From NCBI RefSeq assembly GCF_008831285.2, contig NC_045138.2, forward strand, positions 4,712,001-4,776,000: a stretch of DNA of 64,000 bases. Reading direction: 5' to 3'. This document shows, piece by piece, positions 24,637 to 35,467 of the stretch. Source of the DNA: Nymphaea colorata (lineage: Eukaryota). The position numbers were made by a program, and so were the translations under genes. The stretch's first letter is position 1. Every line of letters begins with the position of its first letter. The notes below the pieces were generated by a model that saw nothing but the letters and a program-made list of their open reading frames with translations, was not told the DNA's origin and ran no database searches.

Positions 24637-24753
24637 GACAAGAAAAGGGCTCGTTCAGTTCAAACTGCAGCCTTTTTTGAACTGAATTAGTCTTCCCCCT
24701 TGCTCTTGTGCTGCGTGAGAGGTCTTGCGGCAACTCTTCCTTCCAGCTTGCAG

Positions 24754-24756
<3 letters not shown>

Positions 24757-24810
<54 letters not shown>
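24757..24810. repeat. (CT)n microsatellite
   Basis: Uninterrupted CT run. Confidence 0.95.
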
Positions 24811-24812
<2 letters not shown>

Positions 24813-26229
24813 CAGAAATAATTCAGGGATGCACAAGGAAGCTGCTTTTTGAACTGACATTAGCGGATACTAAATAAAAAAAACCATTGGCTCGACACTG
24901 CTGTGGAGAAATTTGTGTTCAACGAACATTCTGTCTAACTTTGCAATAGCATGTTTACAAAAAGATCTTTAGATGCCTGGCATATTCCATAGGATCTTGG
25001 CGATCATTGATTTTGAGTTTAAGGACTGATAACCTCGTATTGTATTAATGGCAACCGCTCCACTCATCTTTAATTAAATATGCTTCTTTTTTAAAACCAG
25101 AAAGACTGAACCTCCTACTGTATTAGTGGCGATCACTCCACTCATCTTTAATTTTGCTTGCCCCACATAACAAGACATGTATGTTAATATTCACGAGTCA
25201 ACAGTCTCGCTCAGCCATTTGATTTACCTCATACCTTTCCATTACTAGGGATGTACACGAGCCGAGTCAAGCTCACTCGAACTCGACTCATATCTTGTTT
25301 ATCCATCGGCTCTATCCCTATCAGCTCTGTTTACTCGAACTCGACTCATATCTTGTTCATCCATCGGCTCTTTCCCTGTCAGATCTGTTTTCTTCCAATT
25401 GTAATCATCAATCAACACAAACTCAGGAGATTGGAGTAAAAATCAATTGCAACCAGGAAAAAGAACATCAAATCCGATTGCAATCACCAAAGCCATTGAT
25501 AGGAGTAAAGAAATACAGAAACAGAAATTTATGAAAGAAATGCAAAAAATTATTCCAAAAAATTCCAGATTTTTAAGTAAATTAAGGTTGTTTAGGTTGA
25601 AAGATAATTGAGACACCATAAAAAGAATCTTTAAGAAAGCGCTTTTCAGATAAAAATGCAGTTACATATCAAGTACTTAACCTACTGAGCGTTAAAAGTA
25701 CATTTTAAAACTTAAGCAATCTTAACATTGAGTAGCTTTTTTTTAATTTCTTCGAAAGGAAAAATGCCTAGATACAACTTGTCATGAAGCTACTAAATAG
25801 ATATTGCATAAGAAATAAGAATGAAAATGTCAAATAGCAATTAAATGATGATACCATAATCAATGTGGCTATCTGTGTTGTGCTTTAGTTTTGGAGGCCA
25901 GAAAATTACTTGGAAAAAATCAAGTGAAAGTAAACACCCTGGTGTGTCCCGGTATCCATGTTGCCATCTTGATACACCAATAAGGCATGGAGACAAATTT
26001 GGTGCAGGTGAAAATGACCAGCTAGGAGCCAAACCAAAAAAAAAAAAAGAATCGCACTGCAAAAAACATGAGATTTATTAACGGCCAGAAAATGTCAATA
26101 AAAGTTACAAAACCGTCAGTATAAGTATTATCAACTGTGCATGCAATCTGTTACTGTAGATGGTATCGTTGAAGCATTCACTGGCAGATATGTCAACCGT
26201 TGGTACATGTCCACTTCTCCTGTCAATAA

Positions 26230-26254
26230 GGGCCCGTTTGATGGGCGGGTGAAA
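26230..26254 (+). repeat. Left TIR of the Harbinger element
   Basis: gggcccgtttgatgggcgggtgaaa, preceded by TAA. Confidence 0.95.
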
Positions 26255-26469
26255 GTGGGCGGGGGAGGAAAAATTTGTACGGGCGGGTGAAATTTCACCC
26301 GCCCGGTTGAGTAGCCATCAAACGGGGTGGAATTCCACCCGTTTAACCGAAGAGGGAGCGGGTGGAATTCCACCCGCTCGAAAGTCCAAGCTCGGAATAT
26401 ACCCATCATGCTATTCTGCTGCAGCGCTCGAAGTCCCTCCGCAACGCTCGACCTCCCTCCGCAACTCCT

Positions 26470-26567
26470 CCTCCCTCGTGCCTTCTCACTGCCAGGTCTC
26501 ATCGTCGACCGTCGCAAGACCCTCAAGCGGCCGGCGTCGGAGGTTTTTCTGCCGGTATATCTCTCTG

Positions 26568-26615
<48 letters not shown>

Positions 26616-26921
26616 CGTCGCTAGCTGCCCACATTTCCCCCCTTTCTTCCGCACATTTCCCCCCTTTCTCTGTGCTGGGTAGCACCCTCAAATGCCCCCA
26701 TTTTTTCCCCCCTCAAACGCCCCCATTTTTTTCCTCCCTCGTGCCTTCTCACTGCCAGGGTTTCACCGTCGACTGTCGCAACACCCTCAAGCGGCCGGCG
26801 TCGGACATTTTTCTGCCGGTATATCTCTCTGTCGCTCTCTCTCTCTCTCTCTCCCCGTCGCTAGCTGCCCACATTTCCCCCTTTCTTCCGCACATTTCCC
26901 CCCTTTCTCTGTGCTGGGTAG
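26470..26921 (+). repeat. Direct duplication (about 200 bp; 26470-26682 and 26733-26921) in the GC-rich 5' region of the Harbinger
   Basis: Both copies run cctccctcgtgccttctcactgccagg...ccctcaagcggccggcgtcgga...(CT)n...tgtgctgggtag. Confidence 0.9.
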
Positions 26922-28632
26922 TTCCCTCAGACGCCATAATCTTCACTCCTCCATTTCCGCTTTTTGTATCTTTGATTTATGTGGTTCTTTTGTTTTTTTT
27001 TATTTAATTTCATGTTTTGTTTCTCTTGTTGGGTGTTCACATTTCTTATCGTTCTTATTTGCGGCAGTCTGTGTAAACGAGCAGCTAAGTAATAGAAGCA
27101 TTGTAGTTATCCTTATCGTTCTTGAACGATGAGCTAATGCTATATGTTATGTTTCACATCTTCCTGGGTGTTTTTGTTTCTTTAAGTTACTTTTTATGGT
27201 TATTTGCGAAACAAAACCTTGTTTCTTTCGAGGGAATTTTATCTTGCTAAAGCAGATGATCGCCTACAGATTCCCCTGTAGGAGTTATATGAATTGAGCT
27301 CCATGTATTGAAAACAAGCTTTTGGTGGAGGCATAGAAATGGTTGCCTTAACCTTATCTCGTTATCAGTATCGCCGTTCTTTTCTCTGAGTTTCATTATG
27401 TTATCCCTTAGGGCATTTGGGCCCTTAGATAGAAACGGGGCTTAGATTTCAGCGACGCAAGTTGCCTGTACAGGGACCTATCTGACAATAAGAGAAGAAT
27501 CTATTTTTCTCATTTGCCTGTACAGGGACCTGTCTTGCCTTCTCAAGTTCTTTTGTGAAAGACCAACAGTAAGAGTACCACAGTGCCTTATAACTTAAAA
27601 CCTGCAAAAAAGAACAGGGCCTAGCTCTCTGTATCTACGGGAGAGTGAATTTCTTTCGAATTAGTTCCTAGTAGAACTGTTGTATCCTTTTCCATTTTTA
27701 TTCTCTTTCCTTTACCAATTGTCATTGTCTTGGCCAAGTGTATGATAGAAGGGAACATGAATGTCTAAGGGTGCTTTTAACTTTTAAGTAGTGCATAACA
27801 ATCACCGTGTAGATTCTTCCTGTTTCTAGGATGTTGGTTTTCTTCAACTTATATCGGAGGCTTGCAGAAGCAAAATGGGCTGCATGAGATGGAGAAAGAT
27901 GCCTGAATTAATAGGCAGTTTGTTCATAAATAACGTTGTTCACGCCTCCGGTGTCTAATTGTTCTATTCTCAGTTATTGTTCTCTTATATGTTTTTCACA
28001 AAAGAAAAACATGTAATGATCTTTTCTATGGATGAAACATAATATATAGCATTAGCTCATCGTTCTCACAAAAACATTTATATTTCACTTTGTCTTTACA
28101 ACAAATAGAGCCATTGTTTGGAGCTTGTAGTGGTTAATCTTTTTCTTTTTGTATTTGACACAGATTCTCTCTATTGCAAGAATCAAGTTTTAACTTTTAT
28201 TGGATTTAGAGTGCGGTTTTCACTTGATTCCTATTGCAAAAATAGTTGCTATTCTTTTTGCATAAAGCTTGCATCAAATTTTGGCAACATTGCTAGGGAA
28301 CGACAAATTAAAATCCCAAATATTCAGTTTATTGCTGACATCTTTTGTACTTATCATGTGTTATTAGTTTGCTTTGGTTCTTGGAAACCCATTTTTTGCA
28401 CATATGGATTGTAAGATCATAATTGCGTAATTAGCATAGCTTGAGATGAATTTCCTTTCTTTTCTGTGTATGAAAGGTCTACTTATGCTTTTAATTGGCA
28501 ATGGTGGAAACTTTATGTCATGCTTTTTCTTTTGGTTTTTGATGCTCCTTTGTCGTTGTTTCTCGTACAACTGTTCTTCATGCTAGATTTATATTATTGT
28601 TACTGTGAAGAATTATTATACAAAACGTTAAC

Positions 28633-29854
28633 ATGGAAGACAGCGGTCCTTCAAGAGAAAATCTTACGTGGACTGAACCACAAATGGATTACTTAGTCCA
28701 GCTTCTTGTGGAGCAGTCACGCATCCTTGGCATGAAATCTGGTGGAGGTTTGAAGCCCAAAGCATACACAGCTATTGAAAAAGCAATGATGGATAGATTC
28801 GGTCCAGAATTCACGAAAGACAAAATAAAAAACAAATTGAAGCATTCCAAACCCAACTTGACAGTGATGAAGGAAATGTTGAACACAAGTGGGTTTGGCT
28901 ACGACCCAATTAACAAATGCATTGAGGTCGACCCCCAAGTATGGAACGACTACATTGAGGTAAATTATAAAATTAATATTGTTAGGTTTTGTCTCACATG
29001 TATTTGCTTCTGCAATATTTGAACACATGAATTTTTTCAGAAATATCCGAATAGGAAAAAGTACAGAGGTCCAAAAGTTTGGAGATACTATGATGAGTTC
29101 GCCGAGGTATATGGCGAATCTCATGCAATTGGGCAAAACGCAGTCACATTAAACAACGTGCTTGAAGTTGAGACTGAACCACTCCCATGTACACCTGCAT
29201 CTCAGACATCACCTTCGTACATGCAGCCTGATAGTGAACAGTCATTTACACAGTCGCCACTACCTACAACTCCTACAACTGATTTGAACACATGAATTTT
29301 TTCAGAAATATCTAAATAGGAAAAAGTACAGAGGTCCAAAAGTCTGGAGATACTATGATGAGTTCGCCGAAGTATATGGCGAATCTCATGCAACTTGGCA
29401 AAACGCAGTCACATTAAACAACGTGCTTGAAGCTGAGACTGAACCACTCTCATGTACACCTGCATCTCAGACATCACCTTCGTACATGCAGCCTGATAGT
29501 GAACAGTCATTTACACAGTCGCCACTACCTACAACTCCTACAACTGAGAATCCGACAACCAATACAAGTACACGTAGGTCAAAACGGAACAAGTCAACCA
29601 ATGATGACATGTATTACAATTTGTTGAACGGTATAGCTAAAAATGTGGACTCCCTCACACATACTTCTAGAGGGTTTCAATATGTCAAATATTGTGAAAT
29701 TTTACAAGAGATGGTGGACACAGGGCTACTAGATAGTCATACGAGACTGATGAGTCTAGACCTGTTAGGAGAGGGAACCAATTCCATGATCTTTCTCAAC
29801 GTTCCACCTGAAGACTGGCTGACATGGTTGTCGCGTAGACTTGGTGATTTGTAG
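28633..29854 (+). CDS. Harbinger Myb/SANT-like DNA-binding protein; exon 1 28633-28959, exon 2 29306-29854 (291 aa); alternative acceptor at 29041 gives a 193-aa truncation
   Basis: MEDSGPSRENLTWTEPQMDYLVQLLVEQ...GGLKPKAY...IKNKLK...SGFGYDPINKCIEVDPQVWNDYIE|gtaaat; after tttcag| the frame continues KY.NRKKYRGPKVWRYYDEFAEVYGES, typical of plant Harbinger Myb/SANT proteins. Confidence 0.88.
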
Positions 29855-30095
29855 GTAAGATTCCATGTCTGTTAGTTTAATTATTTGTATGTTTCATTTG
29901 GCACAATAACATTTGTTGTGTGTTTTTCTTTTTATTCCATGAACATCCATGTAGTGAGAAATTGTTGCAATGTATTTGCAGTTTAGTCGAAATGATTGAT
30001 TTCGTTATTCAAGTACCTTACATGTATATGCAGTTTAGTCGAAATAATTGATTTTGTTATTCAAGTACCTTACATGTATATGCAGTTTAGTCGAA

Positions 30096-31494
30096 ATGAT
30101 TGATTTTGACATGTTCGATGACGACGATGAACGAGTGCTTTTCATCATTCGAATGGTTTTTGTCTTCATTTTCTTTTGGTTGAAAGACCAACCATCATCT
30201 AGGAGGATTGTTCATCCATTTCGAGATGCTGGTACATCTTTTGTCCAACTAATGCTTCGCGGTCATCCTAAAAATTGTTTGGACTTACTCCGTATGGAAG
30301 GACATACATATATGAGACTGTGTAACATTCTAAGGAATAGAAATTTGTTGGAGGATGCTCGTGACATTACTGTAGAAGAACAAGTAGCTATATTGCTTTT
30401 GACAATTGGACATAATGAACGGAATCGTGCTGTTCAAAATACGTTTCAACATTCCGGACAAACAATAAGTAAATATGTCAGCCTAGTGCTACGAGCGATA
30501 TGTATACTGGGTAAGGATTACGTTCGTCGGCCCAATGATGAGATGATACCAGCACATATTCGACATTCTAAACGATTCTTTCCATATTTTGAGGTGATTT
30601 CATCATCTTGAACTCAACATGACATATACAACATGACAAACTACAACATGACTAACTAGTTGTCTTGTCATATAGAATTGTTTAGGAGCAATCGATGGCA
30701 CACATATACCGGCTTGGGTCCCTTTTTCAGATCAAGCAAGGTTTCGTAATAGAAAAGGTTTCGTTTCTCAAAACGTCATGGCTGTAGTCGGCCTTGATAC
30801 TAGATTCCACTACGTTTTGGCTGGATGAGAAGGAAGTGCAACAGACTCAGGAGTATTGTACAATGCACTAGATCATGAAACAGACCCATTTGTTGTCCCA
30901 GAAGGTACGTAGTTCCACCAACCAGTTCAGTCTTTTATTAAGAAGCATGTATCAATGTATAAATACATTGTGTTCAATTGTAGGCAAATTTTACCAAACA
31001 TTGTTGGTTTGCTTATACCTTATCGAGGACATCGTTATCATATGTCTGAGTTTAACACTCGGGGAGCACGTTCACCTAGAACAGAAGAAGAATTATTCAA
31101 CCATAGGCATTCATCACTCCGAAATACAGTAGAAAGAACTTTCGGCATGTTGAAAGGTCGTTTTCCAATATTGAAAATGCAAGTTCAGTATCCTTTCCAA
31201 AAACAAGCTCAAATTGTTCTTGCTACATGTGTACTGCACAACTTCATAATTGAACACAATCCAAATGCCGAGCAATTTGATGATGAAGATGCACCTTCGA
31301 TTGATAATTTCGTCTTAAGCGAACCTGAAATTGCAAGCCAAACACATCAGCGAGGAAGCAACAATGCTTTGAGAGCAGCTATATCATCTCAAATGTTTAC
31401 AGATTATCAATTGAATAGTAAGTTTGTTTATAAATGTTGACTACTTCTTCAGTTTGATTGTCTGACATTTGTTTTCTTTTCAACAGGACAATGA
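30096..31494 (+). pseudogene. Harbinger DDE (HARBI1/DDE_Tnp_4-like) transposase, disabled; exons 30096-30593, 30676-30904, 30984-31417, 31487-31494
   Basis: Motifs LRME..YMRLC, VEEQVAILL.TIGHNERNR...FQHSGQTISK, CLGAIDGTHI, RNRKG..SQNVM, YVLAG*EGSA (TGA 30826-30828 replaces W), GKFY joined out of frame to PNIVGLLIPYRG (DxGY motif missing), FNHRHSSLRNTVERTFGMLKGRFPIL, ATCVLHNF. Confidence 0.92.
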
Positions 31495-31823
31495 AGATGA
31501 TGCTCCGCCAAAAGTACTATGTGGTTTTCGAAGGACGTGAGCGAGGCATATATGACAGCTGGGAGCGGTGCCAACCATTAGTCTATCGGTACAAGGGTGC
31601 CATCTTCAGATCGTTTGATTCATTACAAGTAGCAGAAAATCACATGCATAAGTATCTCCAGAACAAGTATGGTGTGCAAGTACGCAGGTCTCCACTCATT
31701 GAAGATGTCATCGCAAAGCAAGTTATAGAAGACACGCAGTTTGAAGAACGAAAGTGCAGCCAGAAATGTTGGATTACTTGTTTTGTGATTACATGTTTTC
31801 TTTGTTGGATATGTACTCATTGA
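31491..31823 (+). CDS. Harbinger ORF3: 110-aa protein with an RNase H1 N-terminal hybrid-binding (Cauli_VI-type) domain and a hydrophobic Cys-rich C-terminal tail
   Basis: KYYVVFEGRERGIYDSWERCQPLVYRYKGAIFRSFDSLQVAE fits the consensus YY.V..GR..GIY.SW..C...V..Y.GA.(F/Y)KSF.....A. No RNase H catalytic domain follows; tail CWITCFVITCFLCWICTH. ORF is intact and inside the TIRs. Confidence 0.82.
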   Translation: MKMMLRQKYYVVFEGRERGIYDSWERCQPLVYRYKGAIFRSFDSLQVAENHMHKYLQNKYGVQVRRSPLIEDVIAKQVIEDTQFEERKCSQKCWITCFVITCFLCWICTH

Positions 31824-32551
31824 ACTTTGTTTTTTCTTCTTAGTAGAAAGTACACCCTTTTGTGGATTCGTACTCATGTTACTTTTGTGGACAATTTTTG
31901 TTTAATGTTTTTGGGAACAAATATATAACTTTTGCAGTTGTAGATTAAGTTAAGAAGGTGTTTTCTGTTGTAATGTGTTGCTAGATATTTCTTTTTGCTT
32001 TTTGTTATATATATCGTGTGAATAGTCGTGTCTTTTAATGAACTGGCTGTATGGTGATTTGTTTTGGGATGATTGATGAAGAAATATATGGGTTCTGCAG
32101 TCCATTTTTTGTTTATTGGTTTTGGCTTGGTGGTGGTTCCATGAGATGATGATCTTTCTCGTTTGGTGGTGTGCTTGGGTAATCTGTACATATAAGAATC
32201 GGTGATGAGGTGATGATCTTTCTCGTTAGATGTTTCGGCTTCGAAACACAAGCTTTTGTGGCATTTATTTGAGTGGTGATCTTTTGTTGTTTTGTAAGTT
32301 AGCATTCCTACTCCTTTCAAAGTGCAATTGGGGAGGAAAAAAAAAACAACATTTTCCAGGTTAAATTTTCCCTGTGCATCAAACAGGGTTAAATTTACCA
32401 CGTTAAATTCTTCATGTTCATCAAACTGGGTTAAATTTACCACGTTAAATTTCACCCGACAATCAAACAGGGCCTCGTTTTAGAAGAGGGTAAAATTTCA
32501 TCCACTAAATTTTTCTAGAAAAATTTACCTTGGTAAACTTACCGCATTAAA

Positions 32552-32576
32552 TTTCACCCGCCCATCAAACGGGCCC
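32552..32576 (-). repeat. Right TIR of the Harbinger element
   Basis: tttcacccgcccatcaaacgggccc followed by TAA; exact reverse complement of the left TIR. Confidence 0.95.
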
Positions 32577-32701
32577 TAAATTCCGAACCTTTACTGGCAA
32601 TACCAAACTATCAGCTAAATTAACTCCATAACTTTTACTGAGGGTTTGCCACATTAGTAAATAACTGATCTTTACTGACTCGTTTTGGAAGAGGGTAAGA
32701 T

Positions 32702-35427
32702 CGGCATTAGTTCAATTATTTTGGGTTGCTACTGTTAGGGACTGCAAAAGATGGATTCATGACAATTTAGTTGACACATATACTGCTTTACACTGAGAAT
32801 CGGGTTAAACGAAAAAAGGTAGAGGCTTAGCCTCTTCAAGGTCTTTGCATAAACTAAAGCAAAATGTACAATTGTGAAATGTCTCGCATCGATAGACCAT
32901 GGGTATTTGTATAAACTAAGCAAAAAAGATGCAGTTGTGAAATGTATTTATTCTATAGTATCCATCAGTAAAAAAGACAAAGTGACTAGAACATCATTTT
33001 CTTTACAATAGACCAAGGGTATTCGTACGAACTAAAGTTAAAAAGGCAGTTCCGGCGGGAATTTAATCTTTAATGTATCTGATTTTATTACGTAAAAACA
33101 ACTCGGATATATGACTTTGAATCCAAATTTATTTCGACCTTGGGTGGATTTTAGAGTCAAATTTAGACTCGGTTGTGAAGTACAAATTGAACCCACTAGC
33201 CAGATCCAAACCTTGTAATAATCTAAAGATTGACATAAAGTCATGCATTTGTGTGTGTGTGTGCGCTAAAGACAGTGGTGTAGATGACTTTGCAAATTGA
33301 TCAAATCAATTTATGAATGATAGGCTAAAGAACTAAAGATAAGGATCAAATTGCCGACCATTACAATGATTTCATGCACCGGCCCTTGGCTTCCACGCAC
33401 TTCTTTGGATTTCAGGCACCACTCTTCCTCTCATCTGCAGTAGAAAAATTCAGATTATCATTCTAGTAATCACCCCAAATTTTTCAAAAATCTATATCTA
33501 TCAATTTACAAGCATTTTATCATAAATTTACAACAAATTTCAAGTATTTTTCATCCTCAAACACTTCAATTTCTCCCAATTCAAATTAGTTTCTTCTTTT
33601 ATTTGATTATCAACTATATTTGAGACTTATTTGGCTCGGATTTCGGACTTTGCATGACAAACCTCAACCTCAATTTATGCTTATTTTACAATTTAATGTT
33701 GGATCCAGTCCAAAAACTTATACAAAAACCAAGACAAATCCTTAAATCTAAATCCGGATCCAAATCCTAGCTCCATTTCCAAAACAGAACACTAGATCAA
33801 AATCAAGATCTAAATCGCTGTTCCAAATCCAAAACAGATCAATAGACCCACATTCAGAACCGAATTCCAGCTCTACATTCAAAACAGATCCTTAGATCAA
33901 TATCCAGATCCAAATACAAATTCTAGCTCTAGATCCCAATTACAAGGCCAGGCTAGGTGTGAAAGATCTTTCTAACAATAGCAACAGAGCAAGATCAAGT
34001 GACACTAGCCAACAGAGCAAGGCTAGCTATTTGCTTTCATGTTGGCTTTCTTGATTTCATAAACAGAAGGCTGCAGTTGAGGGTTTAAAACGAGTGATGC
34101 AGGAAGAAAAATCCAACAATAACAAAAAAAATCGTTCTTCCATTAGAAAAACAAACATTATAGGCTAAGTGCATTCATGCAAGGGTATATAAGCTAAATA
34201 GAATGAATGGTATTAAAATGAAGACAAAGTCAATTTTTTTCTTTTCATTTTTGTCATACCATTGTCCACTTGCGTGTGGTTCAGCCTACCATCTTTGGAT
34301 GCCTCGTATTTTCTTTTCTTCTTAAAATCCCAATCAAAGAAATAAGAACAAATTGATAGTGGTCCCTTTCTTTTTTTTCAGACGATCATTCATTATTTTT
34401 ACTGATATTGGAGGTTAGCTTGATGATTCTCTATATACATCTCCTTTTAGCTTTGTTCCTGTCTTGGCACAGTACTCATTCTTTAGCTGCCTCAACTGTT
34501 GGCTTCCCACAATCTCCACGGACGCATCTTTATGGATGACAGAGTTTCCATTCTTTTTCCTTATTAGTTTCCTAGACTCTTCTCTCATCTGCACTAGATT
34601 CCAAGCACAGATTTTACTTTTTTGTTCGTATTTGTAAATGTTTCTGTAACTGACATGAATTTCCAATCAGCCAAAGAGACAGTTCTGTGTCAGTAATGAT
34701 AAACTAGCACTACGAGCTATTTATTTTTCTCTCCTAACTTGTCAAACGACAAAGCACTGGAACACCAGGGAAAGATCTTTCAATTTGGAGCAGCTAGGAA
34801 AAAAAAAAAAAAAGCCTAGGGAGAGAGACCAGACCTCTGAAATATGTGTTAACAAATATTTACGTAAAACTCCTAATGCGTTTACAAACAATAATTTAAT
34901 ATAAATTGAGCTTTAGTTCAAGTTATTTTTTGTAAAAGAATCGGTATTTCCTGCTATCCAAATTTTGGTGTTACAAGAACTGCTCATTTTTGGATTACTA
35001 AAACATATTACTAAAGTAAAAAAAAAAAAAGTAATTTAATATATTTTTCTCACCAAATCATGATTCTTAGGACCATATCTATAAAGTCAAATTGCAGAAA
35101 AATGCTTTAATAATTAGTTTTAATGGGTCTAAGTCTTATCCCTTACCCAAATGGTATGGTTTTTACCAACTTATCTCCAAGTTTTCCTCTTCGATACTCT
35201 TGAGCCCTAGTTCCCCTTCAAGAATGGGCTTACAAATCCTGGCCCAAGAAACATAGTGCACACGTCTAACATCTGAGGATTCACCCTAGAGGAACGCAGC
35301 CATAGTGGAGTTCAATTGGTTGACAACAGCAGAATGAATGTAAAAAACACAACTCCTAAACTGTATAACATGGCTCAAAACCTGCTTTATAAGACTCAAT
35401 CTTCCAGCGAAAGTGTCTTTTCTTTTA

Positions 35428-35467
<40 letters not shown>

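Larger units (their letters stand above)
26230..32576 (+). mobile_element. PIF/Harbinger DNA transposon, 6347 bp, three ORFs, transposase disabled
   Basis: Perfect 25-bp TIRs GGGCCCGTTTGATGGGCGGGTGAAA (26230-26254 and 32552-32576), TAA TSD (26227-26229 and 32577-32579), internal Myb/SANT and DDE transposase genes. Confidence 0.97.

Noticed and set aside
26080..26229. Possible CACTA-like subterminal repeats flanking the Harbinger insertion (also 32580-32700)
   Set aside because: Only loose tcagt/actga motifs; no CACTA terminus or TSD found.
26131..27132. ORFs of 105-226 aa at the Harbinger left end
   Set aside because: Arise from GC-rich sequence, (CT)n runs and the internal duplication; no domain, and open in several frames on both strands.
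31458..31823. ORF3 as an endogenous caulimovirus or a host RNase H1 gene
   Set aside because: No viral RT, coat or movement protein sequence and no RNase H catalytic domain nearby; it lies within Harbinger TIRs.
31874..32455. 193-aa minus-strand ORF inside the Harbinger (possible ORF4)
   Set aside because: Non-ATG start within subterminal repeats; antisense of a T/G-rich 3' UTR-like region; no motif.
34415..34666. 83-aa minus-strand ORF present in both duplicate copies
   Set aside because: The paralogue at about 9190-9430 has a stop and indels; no family recognised.
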